Position numbers and translations under genes: made by a program. 64,000 nucleotides of DNA from Emiliania huxleyi CCMP1516 (taxonomy: Eukaryota), in assembly GCF_000372725.1 (NCBI RefSeq), contig NW_005201154.1, positions 1 through 64,000 of the forward strand, written 5' to 3'. Within the stretch, counting starts at the first letter, position 1, and every line of letters begins with the position of its first letter. The notes under the pieces are model-generated. The model saw only the letters and a list, made by a program, of their open reading frames with translations. It was not told the origin of the DNA and made no database searches. This document shows, piece after piece, positions 27,279 through 39,288 of this stretch.

Positions 27279-27985
27279 GGCGAGGGGGGAGGGGGGCGGG
27301 GTAGTCTTTTAGGCACGTAGCAGTCGGACAGAGGTAGCCTGTCCCGTGTCGGACGGCAGTCGTGGGGAGCCGGGATTGGTAGGGCCATGCCTCGCCCATG
27401 GCATGCTGTTACATGCTGCGTGCGGCTCTCGCCGTCCGTGCATGGATGTGTGTGCATCGTTCTGCATGTGGCGCGGTGGCGCGGTGGATGGAACGCGAAT
27501 TTCGTCTGGACGGGGGAGTGTGGGAGCTGACGCATGTCTGGACGGGCCAGCGATGCGTGGTCCGTGGAACATAGCCCTGGCTTTTGGGGACTGTACTCTA
27601 TGTCCTATGTGTACACGCTCCGTTACCCTTTGCTGCGTCCACAAAAGCTGCTACGTCATACGACAGGGACAGCGGGGAGACAGGCTGCTCCTGCTGGCTG
27701 GTGTCACGAGGTGTCACGCGAGACGCGACACGCCTCACGCCCTCACCCCGCTCCCCGGCTCCCCGCGCTCCCCCCGGTCCCCGCCTGGCGCGCTGCCGCT
27801 CGTCGGTCGTCGCTCAGCGGCGCACCCGCACGAATGCGGCATGGAAGTCCCGCACGGCCACGGGGCGCACGGGGCGCGGACGTTCTCCCGCGCGCCGCGC
27901 CGCCCCGGGCCCAGGCCCCGGCGGCCGGGCCGCTCTCTCCGGCACATACTCTAACTCTATTCTCTATCCACACACACACCCGGGG

Positions 27986-28856
27986 CCTTGGCGCCGGGGT
28001 CACGAGGAACTTGCAAGTCGTGGCCGAGGCGGCGACGGGAGCGGTGCAGAGGTGGATCCAGCTCAATGATGAGGCTACGGCGCGCATAATGAAGAGAGAG
28101 GAACACATCGAGTGGCTGAGGAAGCTCTTCACTGGGTGGAAGGAGGCTCGGCCGGCCTTGAGGGAGTCGCGGAGGAGGAGGGATAACGGAGGTAACGTGC
28201 AGACAGGCCAGCAGCCAGTGGGACGAACGAGGGCCGCGACGGCGGCTCAAGCGGGAGGGAGCGGTGACAGTGGGCAGCGAGCGAAGTGGGTGAGACTGAT
28301 GATGCTCCTTCGACTTAGGGAGCGGTTCAGCTGCTGGGCGGGCTTCAGGCTGGTGCTCACGCGAAAAGGAATCGACGCGATGTACAAAGCATACAATAAG
28401 AGGAGAAAGAAGAGGACGGACATCAGTGATGACGAAACAGAAGCTAGCGCAGACGAGGGCAGGGCAGACCCGGGGACGGCGGAGTCGGAGCAGACGGCAT
28501 CGGCCGCCGAGGAAACGTTGGGAAGAGGCACGAGGAGGGCGGCGACCTCGACCGACTACGGAGGACCCGTCACCAGACGACGCAGGGCAGACGACGGGGA
28601 GGCGGAGCAGACGCGCAGGGCGAGACGAGGGAGGGAGCAGGATGTTGCTGAGATCAGCAGGAGGATGTACGAAGAGGTTAGGAGCAGCAGGGACCCGAGG
28701 GACCAGGTGGAAGACGGCTAGTGCTAGTCCCCCATCGGGAGGACGACCCCGGCTAGTCGCCGACCACACCCACAAAGAACCCTGCAAAGACCGCAGGGCG
28801 GGGACCTGTTCCTTTTTACCCATCTCCTAGTAGAGGTGTCCGTTTTATTTATTTAT
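27986..28856 (+). mobile_element. 5'-truncated LINE, family B (related to family A)
   Basis: LQVVAEAATGAVQRWIQLND...IEWLRKLFTGW is homologous to family A LQVVGKAASIAIQTWVRNND...IGWIKRLFTAW, and both ORFs end in DG*. It has a TGTCCGTT(TTAT)n tail and TSD ACACCCGGGG (27976-85 and 28857-66). Confidence 0.8.
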
Positions 28857-29127
28857 ACACCCGGGGTCGCTTCGCTCGAAAAAGGAAGAGTGCGGACAGC
28901 CGGGTGAGAACGGCCCGCAAGGCGCAAGAGAGACTCTACATCACGCGCAGACAGAACGCAATACCCGCGCGCCGCCTTAGTTACAGCGAGACAGGCCCAG
29001 CCCTGCCCGCGGCCCCGCGGCCCCGTCGGAGAGACTCGGCTCGGAGGGGCGACAAGACGGTGCCCTCCCGTGTAGGGCCCGTTTCCTGGCCGGTGGAGCA
29101 CAGGTGGGGCAGGGTCGTCCCTCGCCC

Positions 29128-30827
29128 TCACCCCTCGACCATGAAGGAGGTGGACTGCACGCCAACCTTGACCTTTGGCCCTCGCAGGCGCGGGTTCTCC
29201 TCCTCCTCGGGCTGCACCTCGGCCGCCCCCGCCTCGAGGAGCAGCCTCGCAACCTCGTCGTGGCCCGCCGCATGCGCCCAGAGCAGCGGCCGCGTTGACG
29301 ACTCGTCCTGCGGGTCCGCCTCGGCGCCTGAAGCGACAGCACCGCGCCGCCTGAGCGAGGCCCGCCTCCACTCTAGCCTCTACGACCGCAGCGTGATCTG
29401 GCCGCCAGCGCTCTCGGCTCTAACTCGGCTCTGCCTAGGCCCAATCTCAGCTACATCTCGGCCACGTCTCGGCCGTGTCTAGATCACGAGATCTCGGCTG
29501 ATCTCGGCTAGGTCTCGGCTCGGGCGCCGGCGTCCAGCAGCGCCTCCACCACCCACGCGTGCCCCTCCCGCGCCGCAAAGTGGAGCGGCGTGCTCCCGTC
29601 CTACCGAGATCTAGCCGAGATCTAGCCGAGATCTAGCCGAGATCTAGCCGAGATCTAGCCGAGATCTAGCCGAGATCTAGCCGAGATCTAGCCGAGATCT
29701 AGCCGAGATCTAGCCGAGACCTAGCCGAGATCTAGCCGAGATCTAGCCGAGATCTAGCCGAGATCTAGCCGAGGTGGAAGTGGCGCGGAGTGCGCCCGTC
29801 CTGCGCTCGCGCGTCCGCCGACGCGTTCGCCGCCAGCAGGTACTGCACCACCACCGAGTGTCCCATCTCCGCCTGCGGGACGTGTCGTGGACGTGTCAGG
29901 GAGCACCGCCGCCGAGCCCAGCCATGCCTCGGCTGCATCTCGGCTGCATCTCGGCTGCATCTCGGCTGCATCTCGGCTGCATCTCGGCTGCATCTCGGCT
30001 GCATCTCGGCTATGTCTCTACCGCGTGGTGCAGCGGCGCGAGCCCGCCCGCCGCCGCGGCGCTCACCGGCGCCCCGTACCTGACACGTCCACGGCACGTC
30101 CATCACACGTCTCGCGTGCGGGGATGGGCCCACCGGCGCGCCGCGCCGCAGCAGTAGCTCCGCGACGGCGGCGTGGCCCTTTCGTGCCGCAACGTGCAGC
30201 GGCGTCGAGCCGTCCGAGGCGCGCGCGTCGATCGTCGCGTTGTGCTCGAGCAGCAAGTCGACGAGGTCCTTGTGCCCGCCTTCCACGGCCGCGTGCAGGG
30301 GCGTGAGGCCCATCCCCGACGGGTGGTTGGCGTTCGGGTCGGCGCCTAACAGCAGAGCTCGTGCAAGGCTCACGGCGGGCTGCGGAGCGGCGCGGGTCGG
30401 CGTTCTGTCGGCGCCGCTCGCGAGCAGCCGTGCGACAACCTCCAGCTGGTTGTTTGCGGCGGCGAATTGCAGGCCGGCGGCCTGTGCACTCGCAGCGGAC
30501 CCGTCACCGGCGGGAGAGACGGAGGGCGTGTGACGGAGGGCGTGTGACGGAGGGCATAACCTGCGAGGCGATGCGGCTATCCGCCAGCTTGGAGCCACCG
30601 GTCTTCTGCGCCACGTACTGCGAGGCGAGCTGCTGCCGAACCTGCGCGCGGAAGCTCTCCGTCAACGACTTGGTCGCCTGCTCAATCTGCCGCAGCTCAT
30701 ACTCGTCCAGCACGCCATCCCCGTTGAGGTCGCCCGCGAGCGGCTCGCCCGCCGCCCCGTGCGGATCGACATAAGCCTGCTGCTGAGCCGAGGCGGCCAC
30801 GACTAGCAAGGCGGTGCGAAGCAGCAT
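29128..30827 (-). CDS. Ankyrin-repeat protein with a signal peptide and an EF-hand-like loop, multi-exon
   Basis: MLLRTALLVVAASAQ, DLNGDGVLDEYE, then TPLHAAVEGGH, TPLHVAARKGH and TPLHFAAREGH repeats. TGA is at 29128-30. Confidence 0.8.
29604..30010. repeat. Two intronic 11-bp tandem arrays
   Basis: (GCCGAGATCTA)n at about 29604-29773 and (CTCGGCTGCAT)n at about 29928-30010. Confidence 0.95.
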
Positions 30828-30897
30828 GTCGTGTGCGGTGGACTCGCGACCAGCACTCGGAAAAAAAGAAAAAAAAAGCCGAAAAGCATGCGCATGC

Positions 30898-31191
30898 TCA
30901 CAAGGGACCGGCATGCGGCGGCGTCACAGGACGAGGCAGAAGAGAACGACGCGACAGAGGAGGAAATGACAAGGGAGAGAACGACGAGAGTGGGACGACC
31001 GCGAGGTGGCATGAAGGTTGCAGCGAGAAGCGGCGAGAGACTGCGAAGAGAGATAGGAAGAGGCAGACTCCCTAGGGTGGGCGACGGCTAGCGCACCACA
31101 CACCTCTCCTTAAAATCCCTGTGTGGTGGCGGCGTGCCGTCCTCCCATCCCTCCCTTGGGTTGTCTGTTTTCTTTCTTTCTTTCTTTCTTT
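30898..31191 (+). mobile_element. 5'-truncated LINE, family A
   Basis: The ORF tail ...GRLPRVGDG* is followed by the shared 3' UTR and (TTTC)n. TSD ATGCGCATGC lies at 30888-97 and 31192-201. Confidence 0.9.
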
Positions 31192-32675
31192 ATGCGCATG
31201 CGACTTGCACTCTTTCACTTGCACTCTTTCGTGCCACTCTCTCGCCGGTGCGCAGGGCATGGCCTCCCGCGCGGCTCGCGCTCACTCGGCCTGCCTCCGC
31301 CTCGCGGCTGGCTGAGCACGCCATGGGTCCGCCGGGTGTGGCGCTGCTCGCTCACTGCGCTGCACAAAGCTGCGAGAAGCAGAGGGGCCTCCTGAGCTTG
31401 AGCATTGCGCAGCGCGGCTGCTGGTGCTCGAGGGCGGCCGTGCGGTGGCGTGAGGGCCTGATTGGTGGTGACCTCGTGCTGCATCAGCGTGCGCAGCATG
31501 CTCCCTCACCCGGTGCTGAGACACGCTGGTGGGCGACTGGCGCCAGCTTCTCAATGCTGTCCTTGGCGTTGTGCAGCATGTCGCAATACTCCTGTTGCGC
31601 TGACCGACGCGCGGGGTGCGTCGTGCCGCGAGTGGAGCGAGAGGCTCGCGAGGCGCGCGGCTGTCGGTCAACCCTGCGGCGCATGCGCGCCGCCAAGGCT
31701 GCTCGACAGGCGACTAGCATTGTGGCGACGCGGTCGCCGTTACTCCAACTTTGCTTTGCCGATCAAAAGCGCCCGTCCTTTGCTTTTTAGCCGAGCCCGG
31801 AAGCCCACAGCGCAGGAGCCCGGCAGCAGCGCCGACGGCGGCCCCGCACCGCGTCGGCGGCGGTCTGAGCGAGGCAGCCTGCACTCCACAACCTCCTTGG
31901 CACTCCCCCGACGAGCGGCGCGCTATGCGGGCCCGCTGCGGGCGACGCGGGCGGCGAGCCGACGTGCGTGTCGCAGTCGTAGGCAGCGCTGTGGCGAAGC
32001 GAGGCGGTCGGCGCAGGCCCCCGGAGGCGGTCGCAGCGAGAGAAGCGAGGCAGAAGATGCTGTTGAAAGGGTGGGGAGCAGCCTGCCGTCGAGCGGCGCG
32101 CCGCGCGAGCCCGCTGCCGGCGACCCGACCGGAGAGCTCGTAGGCATGGTACTCCGAGCGCGCCATCGCGCCCGATACGGCCCGCCCTGGCCCTGCGGAC
32201 CTTCCCAGAGAGCTTGGCGAGGCTGTGCAGAATGCCGAGAGCATTCTGAGCAGGCTGCCGTCGAGCGACGAGCCATGCTGGCTCGTCGCGGGCCGCGAGC
32301 TCGACAAGACCCGCGCAGAGCGTCGCCGAGCCTGGCGTGCCCGCCCGCACGCCCGCGGTCGCAGGCATGGAAGCCGAGCTTCCTGGCGTCTCTAGCCAGC
32401 GCTCACATGCCAAAAGACACCTCGCAGCGCGCGAGACGTGACCGAAGCTGCACGCCTCGGCGCCGCGAGAGCAGCCGGTCGACGTCGGCACCAAGCGCGC
32501 GGCCGCCGGGCGCCTCCGAACCGACAGGGGCGCCGCGGCAGTAGAGAGCACTCCACCGACATACCGTTTTGGCGGGTCAGTACCATGCCGCTGTCCGCAA
32601 TTTTTCCGGCCTCAAAATTCTTGCGCCCATCTCCTCTTGCGCCCATCTCCTCGCCCCTCACCCCTCACCCTGCGA

Positions 32676-34033
32676 ATGGCCACGCCCGACATCCGCACCG
32701 AGTGGGGCACCCAGCGGCGCCTCGCCGAGACCATGCGCCACGTGGACGACTCCGACATCGACGAGCTCATCGACCGCTTCACCCGACTCGGCGGCGGGCC
32801 TCGCTTCTTTGCCAAGTTCCACCCGCAGGCGTCGTGGCTGTGGCGGCAGTATCACGGGACGGTGCTGCAGCACACGTGGAAGCCCGCCTGCCTCGCGATG
32901 GTCCTCGCCTTTGCGACGGTCCACTACATGGAGTCTGACGGGCGCGACTGGCCAAAGTTTGGAGTGCCTCATGAGAAGGCGGTGGCGCAGCTGCTCGGCC
33001 TGGAGCGGGCGTGGAGCTACGTGCTCACGTTCGCGACCTTCATCAACTCCTTCTTCCTCTCCCAGTCGTACGGTTTCTGGCTCGCAAACAAGGGCAACAC
33101 CCGCAAGGTGCAGGGCCGGCTCAACGACCTGTCCTGCCTGCTCGCCACGCACGCAGAGCGGGACGAGCAGGGCCGCTTCACCGAGCGGGCGCGCGCGCTG
33201 CTCGACGAGATGGCTCGCTGGGTGCGCCTCTTCCACATCCTCTTCTGGGCGGGCCAGGTCCGGCCAGCGCGCGCCGACGAAGGCGCCTCGCACTCTCGGC
33301 GCTGCGCCGCGCCGCCCGCAGCACGTCCACGACACGTCCGGGGACACGCCCCAAGGCGCCTCCCTCTCGGTGCTGCGCACGGACCGCGGCCTCTCGCGGC
33401 TGTGCGAGCGGGAGCACCTGACGCGCGACGAGTACGAGCTGCTCGTCGGCGAGTCGTACCGCGTCTCGGAGACGCAGCGCCACTCGGCCCTCTCCATCTC
33501 GCTGCTGTCGCCCGTTGGTGAGGCGTCCCTGGTGGCCGCCGACCCGTCCTCCGCCTCTTTTGCAGGTCGTGCTCGAGTGGATCTGCGCGCGCTTCGTCCA
33601 GGCGCGGCAGGGCGCGCTGCTGCAGGGCGGCGCCGGCATGGAGACGGTCTTCCTCGACAAGGCCCTCGCCCTCCGCGCCGTCTGCGCCTCGATCGGCGAC
33701 GACGCCGCCGCGCGCATGCCTCTCGCGTACGTGCACCTGGTCCAGATCCTGGTCGACTGCCTCGTCGCGCTCGCCCCCCTCGCGCTGTATGCAAAGGTCG
33801 GCGTCTTCACCATCCCGCTGGTCGGCCTGCTCTGCGTCTTCTTCCGCGGCTTCCTCGCCCTCTCAAAGTCGTTCCTCGACCCGTTTGGCAACGAGGACTC
33901 GCTCTCCGAGAACCTGTCGGTGCACTGCCTCGTCTGCGAGGTCAACGCGGGCTCCGTCCGCTGGGCGAGCGGCATCGAGGAGCTGCCTCGCTGCGGCTAC
34001 TCCCTCGCCGCGGGCAGGGGGGCGCGGCGGTGA
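32676..34033 (+). CDS. Bestrophin-family anion channel, two GC-AG introns
   Basis: FATFINSFFLSQSYGFW, MPLAYVHLVQILVD and FFRGFLALSKSFLDPFGNED. Confidence 0.85.
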
Positions 34034-35078
34034 AGCAGCCGAGGGAGAGGGGGAAGGGACGGGGCGCGAGGGCGTGCCCGCGAGTAGCCGGGACCACCAC
34101 GCGGCAACCGGCCGTGTGGAGAGCTGGGGGCCCGCCGCCGCCGGCGCGCTGCAGCAAGGAACAGCCTCACCACGCGCCCGGCCCGACGCGTTGACACAGC
34201 GGCGAGGCGCGTTATGCTACCATATACACCATTGGCGCGACGGCGTGACACGTCGTCGTAGACGTGACACGAGTTGCTATGGAGCGTCCGGTTCAACACG
34301 CGCTCGCGCGCTCGCGTCTGCGGTGGCGCCCAGAGAACATGTTGCACCTCATGCTGTTGCCCAGAGAACATGCACAGGTGCACCTCAAATTATCCCACGA
34401 TGCCACGGACCGTCGCATATCCTGCACAGTAGATCATTTAGTGATAAAAAACCCAGAAAAATACTCTAGAGACTCACAAGCCCCACAACGGCTTGGAGCA
34501 CTTGGAGTGCGGTCATTAACCTCACATCCAGGGCCGGGGAGCTCAGAAGCGCACCCAGCGGGCCGGATGATCGGTGTCGGGTTACGGGCAAGAGAGCCCT
34601 AGCCCCGGGGGTGCGCGTTCGCAGGGAAAGGGCCGTAAAGTAAACACGGGTCTCCGAGAGGGCTCCGTGTACCGGGTTTCCCCTTAACTGCAGAACGCCC
34701 CCTCTACTCGGAGCTAGTGGAGACTAGGTCCAGCCCTGGGTGGCGCAAGATCTGAGGTTTTGTGACAATCCTCAGATCCGTGTTTTTCTCGTTGTTTTGT
34801 CGCTCGCTCCGCTCGCCACCTCACGCTCCGTAGCCCGGCCATGGCCAGTACCCCGCGTCTCAGTGAGACGCGTGGTACCATCCAACTCCGGTCGACGGGC
34901 TCGAATGCGCTCAGCCTCAGGAGGGACAAAACCGCGCGAATTCTGCATGCCACGCGGCGACTGAGGAGTCGTCGGAGGACACAAGAAAACGTGCGATTTA
35001 CCAAACAGGTTCTCGAGGTTCTCGAGGTGGATATCCTTTGGCCGCGTTGGGTAGCGCTACCAAACAGGACTCTTGGTT

Positions 35079-35311
35079 CAGTGGGCGTCAGAAGAGTCGT
35101 CCTTGCGTGAGGAGAGCTCGATAAACTCGAGGGGCCAAAATATGCGCCGCGAGGAGGGCAGAGCTGCGCCGAGCAGCGAGAGAGCAAGGGAGCGGCAGGC
35201 GGCGGCGCCGTCGCAGGACGAGGCAGAGGAGAGCGACGCGACAGAGGAAGAAGCGACAAGAGAGAGAACGACGAGAGTGGGACGACCGCGGGGTGGCATG
35301 AAGGTCGCAGC
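35079..35311 (+). mobile_element. Internal fragment of LINE family A, without a tail
   Basis: Encodes ...SQDEAEESDATEEEATRERTTRVGRPRGGMKVAA, matching the other family A copies. Confidence 0.8.
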
Positions 35312-35555
35312 GTCGCCCCCACCGTTCTCCACCTCCACCCCTCCCCCTCCCCCCCGCCCTACCGAACCACCCACCGCCCACCCACGCCAACTTCCGCCCT
35401 CCCGCCGCCCTCCCCCCTTTCTGCCCCTCCGCCTTCACCATCCCCCATGTGTGCATTCCACTCCGTTCGCTCCCTCCCGCTTGGCGCCCATCCCGCCCTC
35501 CGCCCTCGCCCCCCGCCCCTGTCCTGGCTGGCCTGGGTGGCATAAACTCTCTGGC

Positions 35556-36140
35556 ATGCTCAACCTGGCCACCAGCCTCGCTTTTAGCATTTTGTCGACT
35601 CGTTTTAGCACGCTCGGTGTTGAGCACAGCTCTCTTCGCTGTTCCCGCATCACAGCGGAGTCGCCGCCCGTCGGCCGACTCAGCTCGCTGCTCACCGATC
35701 TCGGCTCCTCCGACTGGCAGCCCCTCCGCCCGCGCTCTTGTCTCGCAAACCCATGCTTCGCCTCGTCGCTGCTGACGAGCTTCAGCGTGAGCGAGGCGTG
35801 CCGGCGTGGCGTCTACGTGCCGTTCGGCATTGGGCCGACGGCTGTCCTTGCGTCCTCCGTGATCTACTGGTCCAACCCTATCAAGGAGAGCCTGCGCCGC
35901 ACAGTCGACCTCTTCGCGGTGCGAGTCGGCATGGCGGTGCAGGTCCTCCTTGCGTGGCGATACTGCAGTGGGCGAGCTCTCCCGCTTATACTCGCCGGAT
36001 ACACTGCCGGCGGCGCCTGCTACGCGTGTGGTCGCATCCTGACCGTGCGAGGAGCGGTGCTCGCTGGTCACCGCGTGCACTGCGGGGTGCATGTCTTTGC
36101 AAACTTGGGCAACCTACTCATACTGCCATACGTCGTCTAG
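35556..36140 (+). CDS. Multi-pass membrane protein, possibly CREST superfamily-like
   Basis: Hydrophobic helices with SSVIYWSNP...RRTVD and a C-terminal HCGVH (HxxxH). Confidence 0.6.
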   Translation: MLNLATSLAFSILSTRFSTLGVEHSSLRCSRITAESPPVGRLSSLLTDLGSSDWQPLRPRSCLANPCFASSLLTSFSVSEACRRGVYVPFGIGPTAVLASSVIYWSNPIKESLRRTVDLFAVRVGMAVQVLLAWRYCSGRALPLILAGYTAGGACYACGRILTVRGAVLAGHRVHCGVHVFANLGNLLILPYVV

Positions 36141-36460
36141 GCGCGGCTCACCCAGCTCCCAGGGTACGGTGAGGCTGAGGGGTGAGGCGAGCACCGAGCA
36201 GTGTGTGCAGCGTGGAGTTGGACCAGTGACGCAGTCGTGTATCTCTCTCGTCCATGTCAGTGCGTGTGATCTGTGCGCGAGCACATGAGCCATGAGACTG
36301 TATTGCCCTCTATCCAATCACACAATTCGAAGTAACCCGTACGCTGACAACACCGCATCACATGCCAATGAATAAAACCACACAGAAACGAAAAGCGACA
36401 TATAGTCACCGCCGCGCGCCGGCCCGCGGCCGCGCCGGTAAAAAACGCTCGCTCCACCGC

Positions 36461-39246
36461 TCAATCGTCCGCATCTCCGCCCGCCCCGCCGCGCGAGCGC
36501 TTCTTCTCCTCGAGGCCCTGCTTCACGTACCGCTTCTTGCGCACCTGCTTGGTGGCCGCCGCCTTCTCGCCCTCCTCGCGCGCCGCCTTCTTGGCGTGCG
36601 CGGCGCGGCGCACCTACGGGACGCGTCCACGGCATGTCGGAGGCTCGTCCGGGACACGCCGTCCTTCTCGACGCGCCGCGGCGCGCCTCCATGGAGCGCT
36701 TGCGCTTGCGCTCGCGCTCGTTGTACATGGTGTGCACCTGCTGCATCAGCTTGGCCGCCGCGCGCTCCTCCGGCTCCGCCACGACGGCGCGCAGCGCCTT
36801 GAGCGACCCCTTGCGCGGCTTCTTCGCGGCGGAGGGAGCGTCGAGCTTCGGCTTGGACTTGTACGGCAGCGCGGCCTGCAGCGCCTTTGGCACGGCCAGC
36901 TTGTTGAAGCGGCGCGGCGCGCGCTCGATGGGCTTGTACAGCGAGTCCGCGTTGACGCGCGGCGCGGCGCCCAGCTCGGCGCGCACCTGCTCGCGGCGGG
37001 AGGTGGGAGTGTGAGTGAGGAGGCGCCGCTCGCGGCTTGAACTCGTCTCTTGAACTCGTCTCTCAGCTCGGCGCTGCGCCTCGGCGCCCGTGCGCATGCG
37101 CAGCCAGCCGCGCCCGTGCGGCGCGAGCAGGTTGGAGACGGGGTTGTACAGCGTCGGCAGCGGGACGGGCACCCAAGCCTTGAGCAGCACGAGGTCGGAG
37201 CGGAGCAGCTTGTCCTCGAAGGTTGCGCGGAACGTGCCGTCGTCGGCCTGCAGCGCGCGCTTGACCTGGCCGCGCACGCCCGAGACGGTGCGGAGGGCGG
37301 CGCCCTCGAACTTTGCAACCTCGAGCGCGGAGGTGAACATGTCCTTGATGAAGGCGGTGTTCTTGAAGACCTTGAACGGCGAGCCGACCAGCTTCAGCTT
37401 CTTGACCACCTTGAGGTTCGCCGCGACCTCGAGCACGACGCCCGTGGCGGAGATGCGGAAGCTCTTGCGTGCGTCCGTCTGGAAGCAGAGCACGCCCGTG
37501 TTTGGCGGCACCTGCAGCCGAGCCGGCGGGGCCCCCGCTCAGAGGAGAGTGGGGCGGGGGCGGGTGCAGCGTGGCCGTCGCGCGTGGCCGTCGCCGCGGC
37601 GTCCGCGCCTGCGGCCCGTGGAAGGCTGCGAGGCAGTGCATGTGCTCGGGCGTGTACTTGATGTGCCGCAGCCGCAAGTTTGGGTCCTGGACGTAGTAGA
37701 GCGGCAGGCTCTGGAAGCGGCGCCAGCCGACGGAGAAAGTGAGCGGGTCCTGCGACTTGAGCACCTTCTTGTGCCTACGCCGGGGCGGTTCGGAGGAGGC
37801 TCAGAGACAGCTCCTCTGCAGCACGACGTGGGAGCGACTCCTCGTTGCCAGCGGTGCTTCTTGACGCGCATCGAGACGAGGCCCAGCCGCTCCTCGCCCG
37901 ATAGCAGCCCCCCGAGGACGAGCGGGAAGCGCGGCTCGAAATTGCGCGGCAACTCGCACGGCACCTGACGCACGCGCCGTGGACTAGTCAAGGACGGGTC
38001 GTGGACGTGTCCGTGGACGTGTCCACCCGGAGGAGGTGGCGAGGCGCCTGCGTGAGCACCACGCGCACGTACGAGCCCGGCGCGTAACCCTGCACCGCCG
38101 CGCGCTCGTCCGGAGGCAGCGAGGCGAGCGACTCAGTCAGCTCTCGGTTCCTCCTCCGCTGCTCCGCCTGCTGCCTGCGCTGCTCGACGATCCACGGGTC
38201 CTCCTCGAAGAGCTCCTGTTCACAGCTGCAGGTGTGAAGAGAGTCTCTTCACACCACCATGCCCGCCTCCTCCTCGAAGAGCTCCTGCCCGGGCCGCAGC
38301 GCAGACGTGCCGCTGCGGCCACGGCCGCCGCCGCCGCCGCCGCCGCCCTCCTCCTCCTCCTCGCCCTCCTCGCCCTCCTCGCCCTCCTCGCCCTCCTCAC
38401 CCCCGCCCTCTGCGTCGCCGTCGTCGTACCCCGAATCGAATCGAACCTTCTTCTGAAGCTTGCGCTGCCGGCGCGCCTCCGCCTCGGCCGCTTCCGCCGC
38501 CTCCGGGTCGTCGTCCTCGCCGTCGCCGCCCCCCTCGCCCGCCACCTCGCCAGTCTCGAGGTCCTCAAACCCGCCCTCGTCCGACCCGCACTCGCTGCCT
38601 CCCCCGTCGGCGTCGGCGCCACCGCCGGCTCTCGCGCCCCAGTCGCCCGTGACGAAACGGTCAATCACGCTCTCGCGCTGCTCCGGCCCGGTCCAGTCGC
38701 GGCGCGGCGCGCGGCGCTGCGGCGGCCGCGAGCAGTCGAGCGCGGCCGCGTCGTGCTCGAACCCTTCCCAGAGCGGGTTGAGCGGCCCGAGCGAGCCGAG
38801 CGAACCGACGCCTACGGGACGCGTCCGGGACGGGTCAGGGGCGCGTGCCGCGGTGCGAGGGGCGCGTCGGGGACGTGTCGGCCGCGCGAGTCGAGGCCTC
38901 CGCCGGAGCCGCCGGAGCCCTGCCGGGCGGGACGGCGAGCGCGCTGCGCCTCCCGTGCCGCGAGAGTCCCCTTGGGGAGCAGGAGCTCCTCCTCCTCCTC
39001 CCCCTCCTCCTCGCCCTCGCCAGCTGCCGCAGCGGAGGCCTCGCCGCCTCGCACCGCCCCCGCACCGCCGCCTCCGTACACGAGCTTGCCCCAATCGGTC
39101 CTCCGCGCCGCGTGCGCCGCCGCCGCCCGCTCGGCGAGGCCAAGCTTCCACTCCGCCCCCTCCTCCTCCTCCTCCTCCTCGCCCTCCTCCTCGCCGCTGT
39201 CGCTGCCGCCCTCCTCGCCGCTGCCCTCCCCTCCCTCCTCCTCCTC

Positions 39247-39288
<42 letters not shown>

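Noticed and set aside
29604..30010. Regular repeats as a CRISPR array
   Set aside because: The 11-mers are head-to-tail with no spacers, lie inside introns, and have no cas genes nearby.
31260..32560. Possible gene between the LINE and the bestrophin
   Set aside because: No recognisable motif or consistent frame was found.
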